Below, one piece after another: positions 28,985-45,769 of a DNA stretch of 64,000 nt. The number at the start of each line of letters is the position of its first letter. Position 1 is the stretch's first letter. A program made the position numbers and the translations under genes. This stretch comes from the human T2T-CHM13v2.0 reference genome, Homo sapiens, in NCBI RefSeq assembly GCF_009914755.1, contig NC_060945.1; one strand, written 5' to 3'. The notes under the pieces are model-generated. The model saw only the letters and a list, made by a program, of their open reading frames with translations. It did no database searches and was not told the origin of the DNA.

Positions 28985-30284
28985 CAGTGAGAAGAACTGG
29001 AGCTGTAAGAGATTGCTTTTGTTTTTGTTTTTTCATTTTTTCAGGGATGGAATGGAGGTCTTGGAGAAAGGTAAATGATTTGGGAAATGTTTTCCGGAAA
29101 AGATAGGAACAGAGTTGAGTTGCAAAGATCACAAGACAAAATGTGAGGAGGTGCAGTTCTGGTAGAAGAAACCTCAGATGAAAAGGTGATACTGTGGCAG
29201 GATCAGAGACTGGCTGACATCTGGTTTGGCCAGAGTGTGAAAGGGTGTTGAGAAACCCAACTACAGGGTTGGGCAGGGCCTGGTGACTCCATATGTTCCA
29301 AAGCCTCAGTCTCCTGGGCACCCTGCCCCCTTCGCCTTGGCCACGTTTTGTGAACAAGCAGAACTAGATCTTGCTGCCTGGGCAAATGTTTCATCCTTAC
29401 CTAGTTAATTAGGCTTGAACATTAGTTTCTCTCTGGAAATAGTGAAGAAGAAACACCAGGAGCATTTTGCAAGGGTCATACATTGCTCAATGTTTGCATT
29501 TTTTCAAAAACACTGGTGTCAAAACAGCATGTCCAGCAAAGTTGAGGGAAAAGTGAAAACTAATGATGACTTATCAAAACAAGATGTGATGGTGTGGGAA
29601 ATGCTACTAACTTCTACAGCATTTGTAATTTTCGTCTTTCTCTTCTGTTATAACATATGTTTAGCATTATATAGTAAATATAGAATAAAACAGATACAAG
29701 TAGCTTATTTGTAATCTAAGAAGAGGGGGAAATGTTTAGATAATAAAGTTGGGCACCTACTGTGTTCCAGGTGGCAACATATGTTATTTCTCTTAATCTT
29801 CATAACAATACTATAATACTATGGTATATACTATGATGATTTTAATGTGCATCTTGCTGAATTTCACAATGTTTATTTGCTCATCTATGATCACTCAACT
29901 AGCAATTGGTTATTTTGAAATTCAAATCTGGTTTGACTTCAACATCTATATTGTTTCCATTTACCACACCTATAGATAGGTACTCACAGATAAACAATAA
30001 TTATGGTGCAGTTATGGCAGATACACTGTGGGAACAGACAGGAGGGAGCATTTAATTCTGTCTTGAGGACATCAAGGGTGGCTTTGGAAGGAGATGATGC
30101 TTGAGTGGTTATTGATGACAATGATCTCATTTTCTAATAAGGTTAATAACAGGCAATGCATGAAACATATTCACAAGTAAGATAAATATTAATAGTTTTA
30201 AAAACACATGTATTTCATCCTAATAAGCTCTCATTAGGTTTCTGTAACCTTTTATTAAATGTTCCACACTGATCACATTGATGA

Positions 30285-30638
<354 letters not shown>

Positions 30639-31719
30639 TAGTCATATTTATTAGATGGTCATTATTTATTAAATTAAATTAAATAATTAAATATTCATTA
30701 AATCATTAAAACCTTCAGCTACTTATATGATTATAGTTTGGTGCTGTTTTTGCAAAGACACTACACATTCACATAGAAATATGTCTAAAACTTTTTTATA
30801 ATTCTATAAACTACATGAATGGTTATACAGTTGAGTTGACTAAATTCCTCCCACATAATTATTTCAATTACATAAAATATTACTTACATAACTGGAATGG
30901 TATTATAGCTATAAAATACTCAAGTCTGTAGTTACATAAAATTAAATTCAGTAAAAAGAAAGGCCTAAAATTTTAGCAACATACTCTCTAGAGAAAAGCT
31001 GCTAAACAGTTGTGTTTCTATAAGTTTTAAAATACAATTGTAAAAATAAAAACTAAAAACAAAATTTTTCAAAATTTTGCTTTCTCAAAAGACATTAGCC
31101 AAATTTTAATAAAAACATTGAAGAGTTTGTTTTGCATACACTCCGATGAGATGAACTAATATTATCATCCCCTTTTAAACCAAATTTTGTTTGCAAATCT
31201 TCTCTCCAAGAAGCCCCCTAAACAGATCTTACTTTCCTTTTGGTAATGCTTACTTATGATCTGTTGGCAACTTATTCGTATTGTTACAGGTAGTTAGATA
31301 GGCATGAGTGGGGCAGGAGAGCGCTCTTCCCCCACCCACTAGGAATGTCCGGGGATGGTTTGACAATTATCACACTGCCTCTCTAGCAATGATAATTCAG
31401 CAGCCTGTGCCAGGGAGAGACAATCTCCTGATGATCCACAGCTGTTAACATTAAAGTGTTAATTGAATGCAGATGCCAGGGAAAGCAGCCTCCTGGGCAT
31501 GTACCGTAAGAGACAAGTTGGCGGAGTATGACCTTTTGGGGACACTCCATCGGAAAAAAGGGAAGGAAGGATCAGACGCGGCTGTATACAACTTCTTAAA
31601 CTCACTGTGTGCTCAATTCCCAGAAGTAAGGAGGGCACTGCGCATGCGGGAAGCCCACCCTAAGGGAGGGATTATGGGAAAGAGGCAAGCCTGTAAAGCC
31701 CGAGGATCAAGGTTAAACG

Positions 31720-32518
<799 letters not shown>

Positions 32519-33016
32519 GTAAGTTTGCTGTTTATATTCATTAAAGAATACGTTTTAAATGAGGATAAAATTACAACTTTCATACAATATAAAATAAATG
32601 TGTCGGATTTAACTCAGGAATTAATAAGGTGATAAATAGATGTTGCAAGGAGTTCAAAAGAGAACCACACATTTATGGTTAAATAAGGAATGTGAAATGA
32701 ATTTACAAACAAATGCAAAACTGGCAAAACTGGTCAATATCCACACAAACCCAGTTTGCATTTTCATGGACAGAGATTATTTGCATTCCAATCAATTTTC
32801 TCCAAGGTAACTTCTGTGTCTAAAGAGTTGTGAAATAGCCCAATCAGAGGCAAACAAAGGCACAGATAACCCAGACGGATGAGCTAGACAAAGCATTTCA
32901 CCTTTTTTCTCTACGTATTCTTTCTTTACCAGGGTGATTTTGGTGCATCTGACACCTTTTCAATGATTAATAAATCAAGATCCAGAAATTAGTGAATAAA
33001 ATTAAGTATTGGGGGC

Positions 33017-33523
33017 TGTAGGGGGAAAACATTTCTCTCTACTCTGCATATCTTTTAGCTGGGGCAGACCGCCGCAACAAAAGACTGATTAACGAGGGAA
33101 AAAAGGACGTTTCATAACGTGTATCTTCTGTATACCTGGGAGAAACTTAGAGAAATGAGCAAATCTCAAAGACATGGCTTTGAATTCAGGCTTAAATCCT
33201 ATCTTCCACTGAAACAAAGACAGAAGGGTGAGGGGAAGGCCAGTTATGGTGAGACGCCCAGGAAAACACAGTAAGCAAAGGTCAAGTTTGTTATGCAGAT
33301 CTAAGTTGGTGCCTTCTCCACTGAGTCTCTAATGATTTAGTCATCCTTCTCATCCTGGTACAGAGAGGAAGACACTTACAAATGGAGATTTCCTTTACAG
33401 ATATACATTTTTCTTACAAAAGGGTAACTTTTACTCTGTTTTCAGAGCTTCTCCTGTGTCTGCAATTTCTCAAAATACCTCAAAATAATCCTTATGCCAA
33501 ACAGGCATATTTTCATCTCCTAC
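33017..33523 (-). mobile_element. MER34-family ERV1 solo LTR
   Basis: Minus strand starts TGTAGGAGATGAAAATATGCC...GGCATAAGGATTATTTTGAG. TG/CA ends. Confidence 0.75.
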
Positions 33524-35399
33524 AGGTCAAAGATATTCACATTCAAGAGTTTGGGAATGAAATTCATTTTGGATAATAATATAAAAATCAAGGTTTCTTT
33601 TGAGGGCATGGCGTTAACTAATTACAATTTGACACAAAAATGGAACTGTCATTCTATTTTCTGTACATGGTCCATGAAATACAACATGAGAATTTGGAAT
33701 GATTTGGGTCAGTTATCCAACTACCAGCAATCTCCTTGTAACTCACAGATCCCCCTCTATAATAATCACAATGATAATAACAGCAATAATAATAAAAACT
33801 ATGACACCTGAGTCTTATTGATCCCTTAACAGGTGCCAGACGCCGTGCTAGGTGTTTTAGCTATAATTTCTTAAATTGAATTTCCATAATAGCATATACA
33901 GTGGATGTAATTATGCTAATTTGTGAAATAGCAGTTCATGCCTTCCTTCCTCTCAGCCCCTCTTTTCAATAAAGTAAAAAAAATTTAAGCAAACAAGTTT
34001 CATTGAATGATCTCGATTATAGTATTTCAAAAGCGTGGTTCAGGGAACTAAACAGCCATCCTTCTTTGGCTATGGTTTCCTCAACAACTTGGCTTCTTTC
34101 CCCTCAGTTTGAAAAGTTATATATAACTTTATGTAATCACTGATGTTTAATTTCTGTGAAATGCTTTAAAAAGCTCACAAGATATAAAACTCTCATTTAT
34201 TCCCCTTTTTATAAGTGGAAAGACTTGAAGAGGACTTGAGTCCTTTGCTTTTACAGAGTTAGGGTCTAGAGCTGTTGACTTCTAGCCATTCAGAGAGAAA
34301 ACATCTGAAAGAGTTATGCAGTGAAATCACAAAGCAAACATTGTTTGGGGAACTAAGATAGTATCTAGACTACACACACTGAAAAGCGAATTTATGTCCA
34401 CACTTATTTTCTTCTTTGCACTCCTCTCTCTCCTTTCTTCTTCGTCTCTGTTCTCTTTATCCACTTCATATGCTGCAAGAGACATTTAGTACCTGACTAC
34501 ACAAAAAGAAATGTGCTGAGTTTGACTTTCTTTTTTGCATACACTAGGGAACTAATTTTAGCGTATGTTGCATTCTTTTATAAATGACTTTTTTTTGGCT
34601 GTCTTAGAGTTCTAAACTCTCGCTATCGTGCTGTGCATTTTTATTTCCCTGCTTTGCACTGTGGCAGAAAGAAAGCAAAAAGCCATCACTACACTAGGGG
34701 CGCCCTCTAAATAAAGACGGCTTTCCCCAGGTCTGACTGTGACTTTCCCCCACCCCACTAATGGAAAGGGTTAGAAAAAGGAAGTAGCATGAGTCACTGC
34801 TATTGCCACACCCTCAGGAAAACCCCTGCTCCATCTTCCTCTTGTGCTACGATGACTCTTTCTAGCCAAGGTCCTGGGTCACAGGAGCAAAGTTTTCAAA
34901 ACATACTCATGAGTTTCTGGAGGAATGCAGTGTCGAACTGATTGACAACAACAAGAATCAAAACAAGGTTAGATACCAAAAAATAAAAATAAAAAATTAT
35001 TTGACTGAAAAATAGAAGAATGGGTCTGATCCAAACATTCATTTATGAGCTGGTTGTTTGAAAGTGAAAACGTAGTTTCCATTTTTTACATATACATCCT
35101 CGATGATTGTTAGGACTGCTAGACTATCCACTCAAGGCTATCCTACACCCAAATGGCTGAGGTGCGTGTAATATTGTTTCTGTGGGGAAGGTTCAGTTGG
35201 CTTTCCTGTTTGGTTACCAGGGACATATTTTCCCATCCTTCACCACGGTTCTAACAGCTGGTGGGGTGATGTTCCTTTAGCCATTTGGCTGGGCAATGAG
35301 AATAGGACTTCTGGAGACAAAAATACTTGCCACAGAGATAAATCTGGGAAGGAAGAGGGGAAAACCCTGATTTCTGTTGTGGAGGAGAGAAGGTAATTT

Positions 35400-36116
35400 T
35401 GATATGGACAGAAGACAGGGAAATATTGGGTAGAAGAGGGTGGTTCCCCGGCAAAGTCCCAACCCTCAAGCCTTGAGACCCGTGGCCGTAAGTGGGAACA
35501 GGCATTATGTGCCCCAAAAGTTGCCTTTTGGCTCGCCATGCCCCTCCATCCTGTACCCATATAAACCCTGAACCCCAGGCTCCAGAAGCAGATGAGCAGA
35601 TGAGGAGACAAGCAGACAAACAGCGCAGCAGAGAAAGAGAGAAGAGAAGGAACATCTGAACGCTGAGAGGAGCTCAGCTGGGGGTGGTTGGAGGGGAGTT
35701 TGACTGCTGGATGGCCAAACTCCAGGGGAAGATCATCTTCCCACTCCATCCTCCTCCCAGCTCCCCATCCATCCTGCTGAGAGCCACCTCCATCACTCAG
35801 TAAAACCCCACATTCATCCTTCAAGCCCGTGGGTCACCTGATTCTTCTGGGATGCTGAGCAAGAGCTAGGGATACAGAAAGCTGCCATACTGGTCCTCTG
35901 CCCTTGCAAAAAGGGGCCGCAGGCACCCACCCCTAGATACGGGGCTGGAGCCCAAGGCACTTGCCCCAGCTCCTACACCTGTCAGTCTGTGTGTTTCCCC
36001 TCCCATCAGGGGTTTGAGCAATGGTGACAACTGAAGAGCAGTGGTGTCGACTGAACAGGCGAGCCATACCTCTGTTGCATGTCCTGCGAGAGGGATCAGG
36101 AAACTTTCCCGTTTCA
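35400..36116 (+). mobile_element. LTR1-family ERV1 solo LTR
   Basis: tgatatggacagaagacagggaaatattgggtagaagaggg...actttcccgtttca. TATAAA near 35560. 4-bp TSD attt/atct. Confidence 0.8.
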
Positions 36117-36582
36117 ATCTGGGGCAACTGCCTGGGTCATTTCTGTCACTAGGGATGGGAAAATAGAGGAGAGGCAGGAGAAAATGTGGGGCAGTGGGAA
36201 GTGATGGTCTTGGTGAGGAACAAAATGAAAAGTCATACCTTCTAGGAGAGTGAGGACTGGTTTGCTGTCCTCACTTGTAGGTGTCAAGTGGTGTCGCATT
36301 GTAATTTTTATTTGTATTTCCCTAATGACAAGCACGTTTTTATGTACTCATTGGCCATTTGGACATATTTGAAGACATGTCTATCAAATTGTTTATTTCT
36401 TAATTGGGTTGTCTTTTTATTGTTAATCTCTAGGAGTTCTTCATATATTCTGCATTGTATATTCAGTCTTTGATTATATATATTATTTGCACATATATTT
36501 TTCCAATTCTGTGCGTTGTCTTTTTGTTTTATTGATTGTGTCCTTAGAAACGGGGTTTTTGATTTCTATGAAATCCAATTTA

Positions 36583-37326
<744 letters not shown>

Positions 37327-37329
37327 GTC

Positions 37330-37960
37330 TGTAAACCAAAAATAAAATTCTAAGCCCTTCAACCATCTGAATGAACCACTCCTCTTGGCCAAGGGCATTC
37401 CAAAGTTAACCTGAAAAACTAGTTCAGGCCATGATGGGAAGGGAGGGTCAGAAGTGCCTCATTATATATCCTCTTCCCTTTTGGAATTCAGGAAAAGCCT
37501 TCCAGCACTAACATCAACACAGACCTTAAGTCTTACAAGAAACATTTACCATCTATTCTCTCTGAAGCCTCCTACCTGGAGGTTTCATCTGCATGATAAA
37601 ACTTTGGCCTCCACCATCACTTATCTTAACCTAGACATTCCATTCTATTAATTTCAGGTCTTTAGATAATAGCTTAACTCTTTCAACCAATTGCCAATCA
37701 GAAAATCTTTAAAATCTACCTATGAGCTGGAAGCCCAACTTCAAGTTGTCCTGCCTTTCTAGATCGAAACAATGTACATCTTACATGTATTGACTGATGT
37801 ATTATGTCTCCCTAAAATAGATAAAAGCAAGCTATACTCGACCACCTTGAGCACATGCCATCATGACCTCCTGAGGCTGTGTCACGGGTGCATCCTTAAC
37901 CTTGGCAAAATAAACTTTCTAAATTTATTGAGACCTGTCTCAGGTACCTTTGGATTCACA
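37330..37960 (+). mobile_element. MER4-family ERV1 solo LTR
   Basis: tgtaaaccaaaaataaaattctaagccc...aaccttggcaaaataaactttctaaat...ttcaca. Confidence 0.85.
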
Positions 37961-37995
37961 AATCTAAGAAACCATTGCCTAACCCAATGTCATGA

Positions 37996-38335
<340 letters not shown>

Positions 38336-40992
38336 TAGTTTTACCTCTTATATTTAGGTCTATGGTTGACTTTTATAGTTTTACCCCTTATGTTTAGGTC
38401 TATGAATTTTTGTATATGGTGTGAAGTAGGGCTTCAAATTTATTCATTTGCATATGGATATTTAGTTGTCCCAGCACCATTTGTTGAAAATACTACTGTT
38501 TCTTCATTAAATTTTCTTGACATCTTTGCTGAAAAATCATTTGACCTATAAATGTAAGAGTTTATTTCTGAATCCAATTCTATTCTGTTGATCTATATGT
38601 CTATGCTTATGCCAGTACTACATTATCTTAGTCACTGCAGTTTTCTAATAAGTTTTGAAACTGATAAGCCTAAGTCCTACAATTCCAGGTTGTTTTGGTT
38701 ATTGTGGTTCCTTTGAGTTCTTATACAAATTTTAGGATTGGCTTGTCAATTTCTGAAAAAACATAGCTGAGATTTTGAGAAGGATTGAGTTGAATATGTG
38801 GATTAATTTGTGAAATATTGCCACCTTAACAGAAGTAAGTCTTCTGATCCATGAACATGAGGTATCTTCCCATTTATTTAGATCTTCTTTAACTTCTTTC
38901 AATGATCTTTTACAGATTTTCAGTGTACAAGTCTTTTACTTAAAAAAAATTATTCCTGAGGTTTTCTTTTATACTTTTGCAAACAAAATTGTTTTTTATT
39001 GTATTTCTTATTGTTTATTGCTATTTTATAGAAATAAAATTCATTTCCGTAAATTGATCTTCTATTCTGCAACCTTATTATGCTGGTTTGTTAGATTCTT
39101 ATAGTTTTTTGGTAGATTTTCCTTAGGATTTTATATATACAAGATTACATCATCTGCAGATAGAAACAATTTTACTTCTTCCTTTGTAATCTGTCAAGTC
39201 TGTATTCTTTTTTATGTGCAGCCACTGAAGTCTCTGCCTAGTCTGATTAGCAGTCAGCTAATTATTAGACAGAGATTTTCTTAAATGCTTTGAACCACTA
39301 AGTTTCCCAGTCTTTGCTGATGGGATATATGTGTGCTTACCTTTTATTTCTTTCTTTCTGCCTAGCTGCTCTGGCTAGAACCTTCAATACAATGTTGACT
39401 AGAAGTGGTGAGAGTAGACATGCTTATCTTGTTCCTGAACTTTCTTTCACCATTAAGCATCATGTTAGCTAGAGGTTTTTCATAGATGGCCTTTATTGGG
39501 TTGAGAAACTTCTCTTCTATGCTTAGTTTGCTATGGGGATGGGGGTGGATTTCATCAATTGCTTTAAGAAAATGTATTGAGATGATTATGTGGGTTTATC
39601 TTTAATTCTACTAATATGCTATATTACATTGATAGATTTCTTATGTTGAGCCAACCTTGCATTCCTGGGATAATCTCACTTAGTCATGGTGTATAATCCA
39701 TTTTATATGTTGTTCAATATGGCCTGCTACACTTTTGTTGAGGATTTTTGCATCTATATTCATAAGAGATATTAGTCTGTGTTTTTTTCTCTTTTGATAT
39801 CTATATCTGATTATGGTATTATGGTGATATGGCCTCCATAGAATTAGCTGGGAAATGTTCCTTTCTCTTCCACCTTTTCAGAAAAGTTTGTGAGTGATCT
39901 TCATTCTTTCTAAATTATTCAGTGGAATTCATTATTGAAATCACTTGAGCCTGGACTTTTTGTGAGAAGTATTTGGATTACTAATTCAATCTCTTTACTT
40001 ATTATAGGTCTATTTGAATATTCAGTTTCTTCTGAGTCAGTTTTGGTAGTTTGTATCTTTCTAGGAATTTGGCTACCTCATCTAGGTTATTTAATTTGTT
40101 AGCACACAATTGTTTGTAGTATTTTCTTATAATCCTTTTATTTCTTTAAACAACTTAATGATGTTCTTTATCATTTCTGATTTTAGTGATTGGAGTGATG
40201 TGTATTTCTTATATGGCATGTCTGCTACTGATGAATTATTTTAGTTTTAGTTTATCTGGGAATATCTTACTTTCTCCTTCATTTTTGAAAGACACTTTTG
40301 CTTAATATAGAATTCTTGATTGACAATCTTTTTCTTTCAGCACTTTGAATATATTAACTCCCATTTCCTTCTGATCTCAATGGTTTCTGATGAAAAGCCA
40401 ACAGTTAATCCTACTAAGAATCCTTTGTATGTGGTAAGCCATTTCTCTCTTGCTGCTTTCAAGATTCTTGCTTTGTCTTTGTCTTTTTACAGTCAGATTA
40501 CAATGTAACTCACTGTGGATCTCTTTGAGTTTATTCTACTTGAATTTATTTAGATTTTTGACTGTGTAATATGTTTGACCAAATTTGGAAAATTTTTGGC
40601 CATTATTTTTTCAAATGATATTTCTGTCTTTTTATCTATCTTTTCTTCTCTTGGACTGCCATATGTTTGTATGCTTGATAGTGTCCCACAGGTTTCTGAA
40701 GCTTGTTATTTTTTTTTTTAATCTTTTTTCTTTCTGGTCCTGGATAATCACAATTGGCCTATCTTCAAGTTCACTGATTCTTTCTTCTATGAGTTCAAAT
40801 TTGTTGTTAATCCCATCTAGTGATTTTAATTTCAGTTATACTTTTCAACTTCAGAATTTCTATTCTCTTAAAACAATAATTTATATCTTTTTATAGATAT
40901 TTTTGTTTGATGAGACATTATTCTCACACTTTGTTTTAATTTTTTAGATGTGGTTTCCTTTAGTTCATTAGATGATTAAAGGTCATTGTTTT

Positions 40993-41240
40993 TTGAGTAC
41001 TCACGGACATATATATGGCAGAAATAGACACCGGGGACTACTAGAAGAGGAAGGGAGGGAGGGGGACAAGGGTGAAAAAAAAAAAAAACAACTATTGGGT
41101 ACTATACTCACTACCTGGGTTACAGGATTATTCATACCCCAAACCTCAGTATCACACAGTATACCCATGCAACAAAGTTGCACATGTACCCACTGAGTCT
41201 AAAATAAAACATCAACTTATAAAACAAAAAGCAAAATAAA
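40993..41240 (+). mobile_element. L1 3' end (old L1PA/L1PB-like)
   Basis: gaaatagacaccggggactactaga...tcactacctgggt...ccaaacctcag...gcacatgtaccc...ctaaaataaaa. Confidence 0.8.
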
Positions 41241-43082
41241 ATCTTTGTTTGCTAAATCCAAAGTCTGGACTTTGTCAAGGAGAATTTACTGCTTGTTTTC
41301 TTTTGCACGGGACATTCTTTTTTTTGTGTGTGTATGTGTCTCTCTGTTTTTGTTAAAAACTGGACATTTTAAATAATATGTCTATTCGGGAAATTGGATG
41401 CTCTCTTCTCCCCAAAGTTTGTTGTTATTGTTGCTATTTTTTCTTACTATTATTAGTTTGTTTATTCGTTTTTTTAGTGACTTTCCTGCACTAATTCTGT
41501 AAAGTCTATATTCTTCTTTTATATGCAGCCATTGAAGTCTCTGCCTGGTTAGATTGGTAGTCAGCTAATGATTAGACAGAGATTTCCTTACATTCCTTGA
41601 ACCAATAAGTTTCCCAGTTTTGGGTGATGGGATATATGTGTGGGTTGGGGTATATCTTTAATATTCCTACAGGCAGTTTACAATTTTGCCTTAAACTTTC
41701 TTCCTGCTTGTATGTAATCTTAAGGTAAGCCAGAGGTGAGGAATTAGGATCTTCTCAGGTCTTTCCTGTGCAGGTACACAGCCCTGCACATGTGAATGAC
41801 CTTCTGTATTTGCAGGAATATGTGTTTGCTTTCCAAAGTCTCTTATGGACATCTTAATTCCTTGGTGGTTGTGTTTTGGTCGGTTTCCTGTTAGCTCCAA
41901 CCAGTAACATTGTCTCAGGCAGCTGCAATGTGAAATAATTGCCACCTATTTTTTTTTTTAAACAAATGTCCTAGGAATAGGGCTGTTGGCACAGAGCAAA
42001 TTCTGGGTTAGGTCAAATACAGAAAAGCCCTGAGAACAGATATTTTCAGTGAACTGCCACACAGGTCAAGTCTTAACAATTATGAGATTTGGGGGAAGTT
42101 TTATATCCATATCCATTTGACCCTCTCCAGTGGCTGCCAGGCTGCTGGTTTTCATAGCTACCGTAGTTGCGAGGCTGTTGGTTTTCAATGTTACCATGGC
42201 ATTGGGGTGGGGGAGAGGGATTAGGTCAAGTTAAAATGCCACAAAATAGCTCACTGGTCTTACCAAGATTCAGCCATTTTTTCCTGACTAAACAGTCCTT
42301 GACATTTTGCAATCTTTTAGTTAATTTCCAGAGTTCTGAAAAAGTTAATTTTGACAATTTTTGCCACTGATCTCATTGCTTTTATGGATGAGCAGATTTT
42401 TGATGGTCTTTATTCTACCATTCAAGAAGTACTGTCTTTTTTAGCATGTTAAAAGGTAAGTTTTTTTAAAAAACATAAACCATGACACAAAAATTATAAA
42501 AATAGTAAATGAACACATGCCAAAGACTTTATTTAACTCTGTATTTATTGTGGAGCATATTAAGATACTATACATTCAAAAGAGAATTAAATACACATAC
42601 ACACAGAGGGAATTGAGAATGCTGAAATCATTTTACAGGCATATTGGGTTAATACCTACAGCCCAATAATCAATTGTATTTCACAGGGCCCAATTCACTT
42701 TCATTTCTTCAGGCAAGCATCATTTGTGTTATTAGTTTTTGACAATATTGAGAGTAGTGAAGCAGCTGAAAGGGAGTACAAGGCAAAGATACACTAGAAG
42801 GATAGACAGACAGAGTCCTGGTAATCTTTTTTCCCCACAATAAAGTTTTTGTAGTTTTTCCTGATAAGGGAATGGAGAAGAGAGTGTAGGGAAAAGCAGT
42901 ATAACATTTTGAGACCCTGGACATGTGACTAAAACAGTGGAAAAGGACAGAGCAGAGTGCAGGGGTGTTCAAGGTAGCTGTTGCTGGCCTCGCCTTCAGT
43001 GATAAATTCTTCTCTATGCCCCGCTTCCTCATCTGTAAGGTAAAGATATGGATCAGCTGATTGCTAAGGCTCATCCCATTCC

Positions 43083-43252
43083 AGCTGTATTCAAATGTGG
43101 CCCCCAGAACTGCAGCATCAGTATCACCTGAGAACTTGTTAGAAATGCAGATCCTTAGGCCCCATCCCAGTTTTACTGAATTGGAAACTCCAGTGTAGAT
43201 CTCAGCAAGCTCTCTAGGTGATTTTGATGCAGCTGAATTTTGAGAACCATTG
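43083..43252 (+). mobile_element. MER5A-type hAT MITE
   Basis: gcagcatcagtatcacctgagaacttgttagaaatgcagat...tttgagaaccattg. Confidence 0.8.
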
Positions 43253-43291
43253 TATATCAATTTTCTATGAGATGGAAATTTGATATTGATA

Positions 43292-43638
43292 TGATATAGT
43301 TTGGCTGTGTTCCCATTCAAATCTCACCTTGAATTGTAATAACCCCTGCCGGGTGCCAGGTGGAGATAATTGAATCATAGGGTCAGTTTCCCTCCTACTG
43401 TACTTGTGGTAGTGAATAAGTCTCACGAGATCTGATGGTTTTATAAATGGGAGTTCCCCTGCACACAGTGTCTTGCCTGTCGCCGTGTAAGATGTGACTT
43501 TGCTCTTCACAGGCCTTCCACCATGATTGTGAGGCCTTCCTAGCCATGTGGAACTGTGAGTCAATTAAGCCTCTTTCCTTTATAAATTACCCAGTGTCAT
43601 GTACATCTTTATTAGCAGCGTGAGAATAGACTAATACA
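43292..43638 (+). mobile_element. THE1 solo LTR
   Basis: tgatatagtttggctgtgttcccattcaaatctcaccttgaattgtaat...gactaataca. Confidence 0.9.
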
Positions 43639-43784
43639 GATATCAAGGAAACTCCATTAGCTATCATGACAGCATATTTAGAATTTTCTCCTAAACTTTG
43701 AAAGCATCAATTATTTCTGTGTGTAAAAGGAAAAAGTCAGTTTGGTTAAAGCTCTTTTTATTTTTTATATAAAAAAAGGAGTTC

Positions 43785-44097
43785 GGCCGGGCACGGTGGC
43801 TCACGCCTGTAATCCCAGCACTTTGGGAGGCCGAGGTGGGTGGATCACGAGGTCAGGAGATTGAGACCATCCTGGCTAACACGGTGAAACCCCGCCTCTA
43901 CTAAAAATACAAAAAGTTAGCCGGGCGTGGTAGCGGGCGCCTGTAGTCCCAGCTACTCCGGAGGCTGAGGCAGGAGAATGGTGTGAACCCGGGTGGCGGA
44001 GCTTGCAGTGAGCCGAGATCGCACCACTTGCACTCCAGCCTGGGTGAAAGAGTGAGACTCCGTCTCGAAAAAAAAAAAAGAAAAAAAAGAATAAAAA
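43785..44097 (+). mobile_element. AluY
   Basis: Y diagnostics (gaccatcctggctaacacgg, ggagaatggtgtgaacccgg, gcggagcttgcag). CpG-rich. Confidence 0.95.
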
Positions 44098-45769
44098 GAG
44101 TTCATTTCTTCTTACTCAGAATTCATTATAGAGAGTAGCTTATCATTGCTCTATGTCCATTTGTTGTAGGCAAAACCTCAATTCACAATTTATTTTAACA
44201 TAACCAGTCCAAAGAAAGGTCAGAGAGGTATTTTTTGTAGCTTTGAGTTTCATATATTTTATATAGTTAGAAACTTCTCTCCTAGTTATCATAGTGGGGA
44301 AGGGTGAGGTCAGACTTCCGAAGTCTTGTGCTGGAAAGTTTTTGGTCTTTCTCTTCACTCACAAAGGCAGTGATTACAGGACACTATGGGCTGTGCTTGG
44401 AAAACTTTTGTATAAACCTCAGTCCTTGGGTTGGGCACTTCTCTGCTTACTTATGATGAGCTATTCTGTTTGTTTGGTACACAGTAGACTGGTCCTGTTT
44501 GCCACTATCATTTCCTTACGGTTTACAGCTATGGTGCACCATTTAAAATGATGGTTTTCAGTATCCTAATTGTATGATGTGTCCTTTGTACATTCTCAGC
44601 ATGATGCTCTTTCCAGCGTTTTCTACAGTAGCTGTTCTCTGCTCAACCCCATCTAATCAACTCGTGCAAAGGTGATCATTGTTTCTAAGTGGATGCCCTG
44701 GCCAGCTTTGAAAACTCTCTTAGCAATGACTTATATTTAAGCATAGGTCACTGATTACATTGGTCAAAGTAATATCTATGAAGTTAAGAACAATGAGACC
44801 TCAGAACTAGTAGTCAAAACCTCACTGTTCACAATGTAGGGAAGTTTCTCCAGCAGGTGTTAATAGGTTTACTACAAAGAAAGCATTGTGTCTGTGGTCA
44901 AATCTCTCAAAGACTTCTGATGTACATTCGTATCGAACACTCTGAGAGTCTTATAGTAAAGAAACATCTAACTGTGTGTAACTCACGTTTTCAAACTTAT
45001 TTGAGCATGAAACATTTTTACCACTGGCATATCTAATCACATCCAGTTTGGGAAAGGATGTGTAGAATATTTGAGATGATCGTTAGAACTTGTTAAAAGG
45101 AGAGTTTCTTAAAAATCCAGGAGTGTGGTGCAATGCTGAGTCCTCAGAGCCTCCCTGTGTTTCCATAACAGAGATAAAATAAGACTGGATATTCACAGAA
45201 TCCTGTTTTATTCATCTAATGATCGAAAGAGGTAAATTATGTGAGAGACCGTCCTGTGCAACAAAGGATCAATATAAATGTGAGTTATTCGTGATTATGG
45301 TAACTGAGTTGACTGCAGCTTTGTTACTCAAAATGTGGCCTATGAAAGCAGAGCATTGGAATCACCTGAGTGCCTGCTAGAAATGCAGAGTCTCAGGCCC
45401 TAATCCAGATTTATTTCATCTAAGGCTGCATTGTAGCAAAATGTGATTCCTAGGCATGTTAAAGTCTGAAAAGCGTTGATTACAGCCTTTTGTACTCTTC
45501 CTCTTCCTGACATATCTTAGGTTCATTTCTTCTACCTCATTTCGGTGCCTGCCCCATCTGGAATTCTTTGCAATACTTCTCTTCCTGGAAATTCATAATC
45601 TTTACCATTCACTTCCATCAAAATTTTGTTCCTCTTTTCCCTCCCTGAATTCTAATATTATATGTGGTTTTTTTTGAATGCCAATAGTATGCCTGGACCT
45701 AGGAAATTTCTCAGAAGACCACAGTAAACTTTACAAAATTTTAAAAATTCCGTAAATTGTTCAACACTT

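Noticed and set aside
34688-34706. CTCF-like site ACACTAGGGGCGCC
   Set aside because: One G short of the CCASYAGRKGGCRS core and mismatched at the first position. Cannot be called without ChIP data.
35240-36127. 194-aa and neighbouring minus-strand ORFs
   Set aside because: They lie within the LTR1-type solo LTR and show no similarity to gag/pol/env or any protein I recognise.
42709-43320. 203-aa minus-strand ORF
   Set aside because: It runs across THE1, MER5A and MIR fragments, so it is a chance open frame.
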